From: Vicugna vicugna
Lineage: Eukaryota
Direction of reading: 5' to 3'
NCBI GenBank assembly: GCA_013265495.1
Contig: MU060001.1
Location: 372,001-436,000 of the forward strand
DNA length: 64,000 nucleotides
Below are positions 55,051 to 64,000 of the stretch, one piece after another; position 1 is the first letter of the stretch; every line of letters begins with the position of its first letter. Both the position numbers and the translations under genes were made by a program. The notes below the pieces were generated by a model. It saw only the letters and a list, made by a program, of their open reading frames with translations, ran no database searches and was not told the origin of the DNA.

Positions 55051-58000
55051 GTAAGATGAGCTGAATTGGGCCTATGACAAGCAGCTGAGGGGCAGATGGG
55101 TTTAGAGAGCTGTGTTCAGGTGGGTAGGGGTGGTATGGTGTGGTGGGCCGCCGTGTGCCCAGTGTGAACTCTTCCAACTTGGGTTTTTGCAGTAAATTAT
55201 CACTGGTATCTGCTCTTCTCTCCATGTGATAAGTGCCGGGAACAGCAGGAGAACTGCCTAATCTGAATGCTTGCAAGGCACCTGCAGAAATTCGGTGGTC
55301 TCCTGTTGTGCCCAGAGTAGTGGGGATTATTGGAGCAGCAAGACAGATCTGTTGGGCTGTCTTCACTGCCCACTGGTAGAGTAACTCGGAGACGCCGCAG
55401 TCAGACCTTCTCACGTGGTCCTTGCTGGAAAGCCTCTGACCTGCGCAGGGCGGCGTGTTCCATGAAACTCGGGGAAGCAGCCAGGCTCCCAGGGCCGCGT
55501 GCCGCTCTCCTTGGTGCTGATGCGCCTCCAATGCTGAGCACGACTAGAGACAAGCACAGTGGGCTCTTCTCACGACCACCCCCCCCCCGACCCTGCCAAA
55601 AAGCGTGTTAGGAACTGTCCAGGGGTCCTGGTGAGAGGAGAGTCAGAGTGAGGAGTGTTGCCCTGCTGGTTAAACACTGACCTCTGAGTCCATCTTCACA
55701 GTGTCAGGAGGTCCTGAGATGATTTTCCTCAACAAAATACATTTGTAAAAGGTTTTCTTTCTCTCCTCAAAGACAGGGTGTTCTTTTAGTGCCAGACCCA
55801 GCCCCTTGAGGGAACCAGAGTATTTTAGATGCCAAGAGCTGCTTTTATAGGAAATTTGGGATGGATTGCCGTTACTGCTTGTGGGATGTGTGGGTGGGAA
55901 GTATGCACAGATCAAATGTTGGGGCACAGAGAACCCTTGAGTCCTCTGGATGGTTATCCTGCATCGTGCAGCCTTCTTTCTGCGTATGAATCACAATCGC
56001 CGCTGTACACTTGCCCTGGCACCGAGAGTCTGCAGGTAGCTCCACACTTTCCCACACATTCCAGCACAGTGTCTGTCTTGCGTATTCACCAAGGTGTGCT
56101 GGTTGTATCATCAGCCTCATCAGGCCCAGTTCCCCTGGTGTGAAATGACAGGAGGGCCACCCAGTCAGGGAGGTGACCGTTGGTCTTAGGGTCAGGAAGC
56201 ATGGACTTACTTCCAGCTCCAGTCCCGTGTGAGCCTGTAAGCTTTGGACCGTTTCTCAGAGCCTCATTTTCGTCAGCTACAAACGGGAAGAGGAAGTCTG
56301 TTCACAAGCATCAGGATCAGGTGATGCACATGACTCTGCCCTTTGAACCTTAAAGGGCCGTACAGATGAAACACCTTAGGACAGAGAGTAGAAGCCAGAA
56401 GAGTTAAGATTCCAGAACATCCAACTTGATCTGTCCAGGGACTTGGCGCCTACACGGCTCTTTATAACGGATAGAATGTTGCCTAATTCGGATCCCCATT
56501 TTGGAATTTTTGAGATGCTTGGGGTTTTTTTGATTGTTTGTTCTATCAGTCCCTCGCAGACAGGACAGCACTCCAGTAATTCTGTGAGGCAGACATTTCT
56601 CCACACACTGCTGTTCTCCGATGCCCTAACAAGGCTGGCACGTCCGGCTCTGGTTTCTTCGGGGTAGTTTGGGGTGCAGAGCACTGCCTGCTGCGACACA
56701 CTGCGTGCCTCGGCCCACCCTCTGCTAGAGCCCGGGAGGGTGCCTCAGCTCCTCTCCAGATTTGGGGCTGCCCTGCACCAGAGTTAGGGTCCTGCCTGTG
56801 GACCAGCACAGTGTCTGGTTTGGGGTGGCCGATATCTGCATGTAGTAGCTGATTTTGAGTTGGGACAGAACCATGAGGCTTGCAGTCAGATGCGGGCGAC
56901 CCCCTTGCGGTCTGGAAACCTAGCCGTCCTGTCGCCCTCTCTAAAATGCCAACACTTGGAGAAAGTAGTACCAGGACGGCCAGATGATTACTGGTAAGAA
57001 ACACGTATTCCCTTCACTCCTCTTCCTGCAGATAAATGTGACCCCAATATTTTATTGCGAGCAGGCACTCTACCTTTCCGACCGGGAATTTCATTAGCAA
57101 GTGTTCGCCCAGGCAGCAGCCCTGCCGACGGCCAGGTGTCCTCAGCTCCTCTCCAGATCCTGGAAAGCAGAGCAGTGAGGCGGGAGGTGCTGGGGGGACT
57201 TGGAGCCAGCGTCGCCCTTCCCTTGGGAGGCCACTAGGGAGCGAGCAGGCCGCCCCTCCTGCCTCCGCTGACCCTCGCTGGCAGATGGGCGCCAGGGCTG
57301 CCGCGCCCCTGTGAGCGGGGATTTAACAGGGCTTTATCTGGGGAAGAATGGGCTGATTAGCCGATAAAGAGCATGTAAGATGGTACGGGGCAGCCTTTGA
57401 TGTCTGGCTGGCGCGGCAGGGAGCCTGGTGGTGAGTGACAGCAGCGTGTCACAGGATTACTCTGCCCGTGACAATGCCGCTCTCTGTTCTTGCCATGTCA
57501 CCACTCTGTTCCAGCTACTTTTTCCGTTGTTACGCCCTTCTTTTGAAGGCATTTCTCCCCACACTCCTTCCATCCTCCCACCGCAGCCCTGCCTCGCTGA
57601 TGCAGACGGGCACTCGAAGATACAGTAGGTACCTTTTTTCGCTGGGGAAACCTGTCACTCCTGGAGGAAGAATGACTTTGCAGCTAATCTGCACGGGAAC
57701 CGTATAATTGTGGGCAGGGTGAGCCACAGAGGGGCTTGACAGATTGTCCTCACCTCAGTCAGGGCTCAAGCAAATGCCAGTTGCTGCTTTTTGAGGACGG
57801 AAAAAAAAGTCCATTAAACCCCCACAAGTGTGGAGAGTTAACGCCATGGCCACAATGATTGTTTCTGAGCTGAGGCGTCTCCTCCGAAATCCATCTGTCA
57901 AGAAAGAGAATGGGTTCCTTATGTCTTGTATGGCGGGATAAAATAATAGCACTAAATTCTCTAAGTTATTCTGCATTCCATTTTATGGTGTTTACTGCCT

Positions 58001-59589
58001 AGAATAATGACGTTACGTGCAAACCAAATCGGTCAGACTAAGCAGAACCCTGCCCCGCCTGCCACACCCCAGACAAGAAGTTCAGCCAGGTGTCAGCGTG
58101 TGAAGCAAGGGCAGGTCAGGCGAGGAGCCTTGTGGGCCTTTCCGTGCAGTGACGGGAAGTTTTTATCTCATCTCTGTGCCTTAATGCCTTTACTGGACCG
58201 CTGCTCGGAAAAAGAAAAACAGTTAATGTCCCCAAACGAGATCTTAATCACTAGGTCTCTGACTCCTTTTTGGGCCCTCAGTTCTGAAAGGGAACAGTGA
58301 GTGTCTTCCCTCTGTGCCCAGAAATACAGTCACAGTCACAGACTCTTCTGACACCGACACGGGAGCCTGTTAGAGCAGCCCCCGCCCCAGACGCCTGCAT
58401 ACACGTGCACACCGAGAGCCGGTGCTGGGGGTGAAATATTGAGTGGCCCCTTGGCAACATGCATCATGAACACAGCATTTTCCTCCCGTGAAATGCAGTT
58501 CTTATTTTGAAGCTAGACAGATGCCGCAGTGCCTGAGAGGCAAGGGTAACGTACCTTCCAAAATTGCCGTCTTCCCAGGAGACGCTGAGACCCAGCACCA
58601 CCGGCTCTGAGCGGGCGCGCCTGTGCTGTTTGCCGGGGTGTCTGTCTGTCTGTCTAGGCAGTCACACAACACCACACCCAGTGGGGGCTGCGAATGCCCC
58701 ATCTGTTTGACACTCTGTGGTTCAAGAACGTAGAAACCAACGATCCCCAAGGTCTTAGTGTTTCTGTGACAGTAAGAGCGAGCGAGTCTGTTGGTTCTCA
58801 GCCAGTCTGTCTCATTTGGATTATGTGCTGTAATTAGAAAAAGCACTGCTTTCCCCCAAACAGCTTCACTGTGGTGACCTAACACGGGCCTCCCCCCGGC
58901 TCCTGCCGTCTGCGTCTTTCTGATGCCGTTCTTAGTGCTTGGAAACGTTTTCGTACAAATTTTCTCAAACCAGCCGGCCCCGCTAAGTGTTACCTAGTAG
59001 TTCTGACTTATCAAACAGGTAAACAGCCTGAAATTAGAGATCGCTCCCGCCTTAGTACTTACTGGACCTGGGCGTGCCCAGTTGGGGTTCGGCAGGCTGG
59101 GCTCAGGGATGAAGGGGGGGGGCCAGTCCCCTGGGTCCCGGCCCCACATCCCAGCCACCACCCCCGGCTCCACTGAGCACGTCCCTCACCTGTGACTTCC
59201 AAACTTGTCATTTAGCGTCCTCTCTGAAATAAGGAGACGTGCTTAGGGTGGTCATGTTTGCCAGACTTTCCTCACCTGTGAAGTGCTTTATCCTTCAGGT
59301 TCAAAGTAGAGAGTTTGCAGCCCTCCATTTGGGGGGCATTTTTCCTCATTGAAGGCCTTTGCCCTGCCCCTCCCTGGGATTCTCGTCCTTGCTTTTTCAG
59401 TAAGTGTTTTGTAACTTGTAAGAGTCACTGTGCAGAATATACCCTGGTTGGAGAAGTCTGTACCCCTGCTAGCCATCTCCCTGCCCCGGCCCCCCTTTCC
59501 CTGCCCCTGGCCCCCTTGTTCCTTAAAGGCTGGCTGTGGGAGTGTCACAGTGGTTACGAGTCAGGGCCTTACTCACACAGGCATCTGGG

Positions 59590-59765
59590 TTGAGTCACCG
59601 TTTCTGTTTCTATGGACCAGTGACTCGGCGCCTCTGTGCCTCAGTCCCCTCACCTCTCAGATGGGGGCCCCAGAGCCTCACAGCTGTCTGGGGACCAAGC
59701 CAAATGATGTGGATCAAGCGTCGACACGGTGCCTGGGATGCGAGCACGGGGGAGCACTTGCAGAT
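59590..59765 (+). mobile_element. MIR SINE fragment
   Basis: GTGACTCGGCGCCTCTGTGCCTCAGTCCCCTCACCTCTCAGATGGGG...CACGGTGCCTGG. Confidence 0.55.
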
Positions 59766-60559
59766 ACGATGACAAGGACAGCAACATTGGTCCTTCTCCC
59801 CAGCCCTCATCATTCTTAGAAGTGCCCCTGTTAGCTGACAGCCTTTTAGCACCTTGAACTTTTCTTATCAGGAACCACCTTGAGAACACGGTCCTTCCAA
59901 GACGCGCACTCAGACACTGCAGCCGCATCTCCCTGCAAAGCAATATTCTCATCATTGCAAGCAGCTTGCCTGCCAATTTTTATGTGGCATTTACAGCCTC
60001 CCTAATATCACTTAATTAGCTGAAGGCAAACCTGGAGTATTGCCCGCTGTGAGAATCTCAGTTTCGTTCAGCCAGTCGTCATTTTGTAAAAGGACAGATT
60101 GGCCAGACAGGAGAGCAGAGGCTGGGCACAGCCACCCTCGGAGGCCCAGGGCTTCTCCTCGGTCTCGGAGCAGCGTGCAGCTCTCCGGCCCTTGGCCTCC
60201 TTGCCTTGCTCTCTGTAGCTTTGAAACCCCATCCTCACCTGTCCCCTCAGCTTCCCTTCTGGAACCGTCTGCCGCTGTGTTTCCCGCGGCCACTCTGCGC
60301 CCCTGCCCAGTGCCGGCAGCTACAGGGCCTCCACCCCCAGGGAAGCCTTGCCCTGGCTTCCAGCCCTTCAGTGATGTCTCGTTATTCCCATGATGAAAAC
60401 ACCCCCTGGGTCCCCATTCTCTCCTCAGGCCTTCGCCAAATGTGCTGTAAGCCTGGACCGCCCTCTGCTCCTCTTCGCCTCTGGGCCCCCGTCCCTTCTG
60501 TGGGGAAGGCGTCTCTGACCCGCCTGCCCGAGGGACATTGTACCCCCATCCTTGTTTGG

Positions 60560-60712
60560 CAGCTCTGCCCCGTCCATGATGTTTGTGTGTGTGGTTCGTG
60601 TCTGTCTCCTCTGGCGTGTGGCTCCAGGTGGAAACCCCTGTCTGGTGTTCCCCGTCGCAGCCCCAGCACCTACCTGGCACACAACAGGTGCTCAGGACGC
60701 ATTTTTGAATAG
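60560..60712 (+). mobile_element. L2 LINE 3' end
   Basis: CCCCAGCACCTACCTGGCACACAACAGGTGCTCAGGACGCATTTTTGAAT. Confidence 0.6.
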
Positions 60713-63700
60713 GTGACTAGAACCTGAGAGCATTCTGTAATTCTGAAAGGAAGAGCATGAAGGGAAAGATTAAAAAGGAATTGTTCTGACATAACGACCA
60801 GGGAAATGCATCTTAATTGTTCAGTGAACTCGGCAAACAGCAGACCCTGCCTTTCAGAGTCCCATCCACTCCCTGTCCGTCCGTCCTGAGAGAGCGAGCC
60901 CTGGGGCACGTTCCTCTTCGCGTAAAATAGTCCCCCAAAAGGACCGGCCTTGGGCCCTGTTTCCCTGCTGTCACAGTAGAGGCGGGTAGGGAGTGGGGTC
61001 TCCACTCGGCCTGGGGACCAGAGGGGAGCAGCCAGGACCGTGGTGGTGACTGAGGACAGACATACATGTCCTGTGGAGCAGGGGACAGACTCTGCTCTCA
61101 GAATCTGCTGGGAGTGGCCAGGCCCCAACCCAGGGGACCACGTGAAGCCTGGAATCCAGAGAGTGAGAGGAAGGCCATTCTGATCCCCCAGCCTCCAGCA
61201 CCTAGACCAGGTCAGCGCCTCAGAACATGAAGGAGAGTGGTCCTCAGAGCAGGGGCTGGGTGTCCTCCTTAATGCAGAGGGCCAGCAAGGTGCTCACCAA
61301 GTGTCCTTGTGGCCTGGATGTGGGTTAGGGCTAAGTAGGGGTATTTAACACAGAACCTGGCTCAGCTGCGCAGACTCTGCATGAGGGCGTGTTCGACTGG
61401 CCCCTCCATCAAGGGCGACGAGATGGGTGACTTTGCCTCCACACTAGACTGTCTCCTTGGGACATTTGTTCTGAGGAGAAGTGTCCAGACTGGGACAAGG
61501 GACAGGAAGAGTGCTGTGGACGGTGGCTGGGTCTCTTCTGGTTGGAGAACACCTGGCACAGAGCAGTCCCTCGGGGACGATGTGTCAGACGAGTTCCTGG
61601 CTGATTATGGAGTTGCGCCCCGCGTTGCATTCGGGTGGTGCCGCATGGGCCTGCCCTCCCGCTCCCCGCGCCCCGGCGCAGCTCCTGGTCGCTCCTGCCG
61701 CCCACCCTGCGGCAGGGCCCCGCTCTGATGACAGCTGTGCCCGCACAGCCCTTTACACCTGGCCCCTGCTTCTCCCACGGTTTGTCTCTACCTGACACCG
61801 TGCAATTACCAGCTCTCTGCCTCCTCGTGGAACACACACGCCCTCGTCCCCACTCGGCTAATGAGGCGATTAGGGGGACTTCACAGTGACCCTCGCTTCC
61901 TCCACACCTGGGTCACCTGCAGACAGCGGGGACCACAGGGTGTGCTTTCAGCCAGGCAGTCAGGGCTGACAACAAAGAACAGGAACCGGGCCAGCCTCTC
62001 CCGGGAGGATGCCTGAGACGTCAGTCACCGTTGAGCCTTCCAAGCACTGAAATTGGAAGGTGCGGCCAGCCCAGCACGAATCGGCAGATGCTGGACGAGG
62101 CTGCGCGCGACAGGAGGAGACCCGACTCTAAACCGCGTTGTCCTTGCCCGGGCTCTTCTCGTCCAGACCATTTGAGAAATCAGGAAAGAAAGCCGCGTAC
62201 CCCCCGCCCCTGCTGCATACACACTGTTTGGTTTCTGTTACCCCGGAGTCCTCCTGTCGTGGGGACAGCCACTCCCTCCTCTGACCTCCGCCCACGTTCC
62301 CGGCCCCTTTCTGAGTGGGAGGTGTCCACTGCCAGCCCCTCCACGTGCCCTTTGCTTTAGTGACCCCAGAGCCTTTCCATCTGCTTAGGACCCAGACGGA
62401 ATGACCCCGGGTCTTTTTCAGATGTCATCTCCATCCTGGCCCTGATGTTATAGCCAGCAGTCCGAAATGTGGACTCGCGTCTTAACTACTTAACAGTCAA
62501 GGAGAGGGGTGTGGTTGGAGAGAACCGACATCCCGGAGTGACGGCGTGTGACTCTGCCTGGTAGTCTTAAGTTCTCTGGTGGCACGAGGCATCTGCCTTG
62601 AGGGCTTCTGTGTGCCCTTGGGAGCGCTGAGCCCACGGGCACCCTCTCACTGAGCCCTCATCACGTGCCCGGGACCAAGGCAGGGTCCCCAGTAGCTGAG
62701 GAGGAAGTGGCTGTGCCCGGTCGCGTGGCACTGGGAATGAGACCCCAGGGTCCACACTCCCGGCGCTTGACTGCATCTTTGCCTGCACCCCTTTGAAAGC
62801 TTCTGGTTTCTCGAATCAGCATTGGGCTAAGTAGCAAGTAGATAAATTCTGTTAATGGTGTTTCTTTCTGGGAACAGATCATTCTTTGTGTAACCAAAGA
62901 AGTGGACTTAAAGCAGGAGACATTTTGGTGCATAGATGCAAGAATTTGATTTGAAGTCAGAGTAGCAAACCCTGGAATGGATCGTAGAAACTTGTGCTCA
63001 TGGGGTAGTCATGTCGAAAGATTTTTGAGACACCTGTGGGCAAGATGTGGCTCTGACTTTTTCTCTAGTTCCCTTCCAAGTCTGGAGGCAGAAGGACGCG
63101 GTGGAAGAAGCCTGGGCTTGGGGTCGGGCTGTCCTGACCTTGGTCCCGACCCTGGCACTGGCCTGGAAGTCTGGGTCCCGGGGGGTCGTGTGGGACACGG
63201 GAAGAGATGATGGGCACGCGGAACCTGGCGCATGATGAGCACGGAGTGGTTGTCCGTTAGGCCTCTGCTTCAGTGCTTCCTGCAGTTGGGGGTTCGCCAC
63301 CCCCACAGTGGGCCCTGCTCCCTGGTAGAGCTCTTGAAATGGGCCGAAATTGACCACTTTCATTTCCCACCCTTTGGTCTCTGAGATTCAGATGCCGAAT
63401 GTGTGCGATTGATTTACAAACATGAAAATACAAGGTGGTGTTGTCATTGATCAAAGGAGGCATCGGCGCAGCGTGTGGCTCGGGTGGAAACTTGGTGGCT
63501 CAGTCCCTGCCTGTTTGCACATGTGGTGATCCAAGCCCCCGCCTTCTCTGGCCGGAGAACAGGGCCTTGCGCCTGCCCCAGCTCAGTGTCACCTTGCGGC
63601 TGAGGCCCGTCCTTTTGGTCTGTTGGGGTGCGGTGGGTACTCTGTCATCCAGCATGTCAGCTGTCCCTGCAGGCGTCTTTCCGTCTGCAAAGGTGATAAA

Positions 63701-64000
63701 TAGGCCTCATGACGTCATTCGAATCGTTAATAATGGTGGCGCGAGCGGGACAGGCCCAGAGGGTTTGGTGCCAGAATTTGGCCCCAAGCTTATCCATCTC
63801 CGTCAGTATCTGTAGGATGTAATCACACCAGTTACAGGAACACGAACTGTTCCCGTGTCCACCCAGTATTTCTCCATCTTAACATGTTCACAGAGAATTT
63901 GCTTTTATAAAGCACTCTAACACGCTCTGGTTCGCTGTGCCTTCATGCTGGCCCTGTACCCGCGTGCAGGCCCCTTCTGACGTGTGAGCGAACCAGGCTC

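Noticed and set aside
60012-60680. 222-aa minus-strand ORF
   Set aside because: Overlaps an L2 relic, low complexity, no homology recognised.
55051-64000. Search for the terminal DDX31 exon (recalled human ...PDLHKKTQSKHSLAEILRSEYSSG...)
   Set aside because: No matching phase-2 exon found; probably right of the window, so no stop codon or poly(A) site is annotated.

Overview
Mammalian genomic DNA from a draft assembly with four N-gaps, probably a camelid (inferred from a Vic-1-like tRNA-derived SINE and young L1 3' fragments). Two genes sit head-to-head on a shared CpG-island promoter. GTF3C4 (TFIIIC 90 kDa subunit) is on the minus strand: coding exon 1 is 3525-3181, and intron 1 runs off the left edge. 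DDX31 (nucleolar DEAD-box helicase, yeast Dbp7 family) is on the plus strand: I read 19 coding exons from 4208 to 55050, all with GT-AG introns and consistent phases, giving 2021 nt (673 codons + 2 nt) with every helicase motif intact. The last DDX31 exon was not found and is presumably beyond the right edge. The rest is intron containing MIR, L2, L1, MER20, MLT1 and SINE relics. I found no prokaryote-type system, CRISPR array or RNA gene. Best second-look items: (1) an 81-bp, ~85% identical inverted repeat made from a local MLT1 copy in intron 9; (2) a strong minus-strand donor/acceptor pair that could give GTF3C4 a spliced leader starting inside DDX31 intron 1; (3) homeodomain/TCF/MEIS motif clusters and orphan CpG-rich islands in the 3' introns, candidate long-range enhancers for the neighbouring BARHL1; (4) two identical perfect Pol III B-boxes near CTCF-like and ETS motifs; (5) a broken remnant of the human N-terminal extension; (6) a rare GAG acceptor with an in-frame alternative. 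Comparisons with human proteins, locus order and repeat consensi are from memory, not from searches, and repeat boundaries are approximate.
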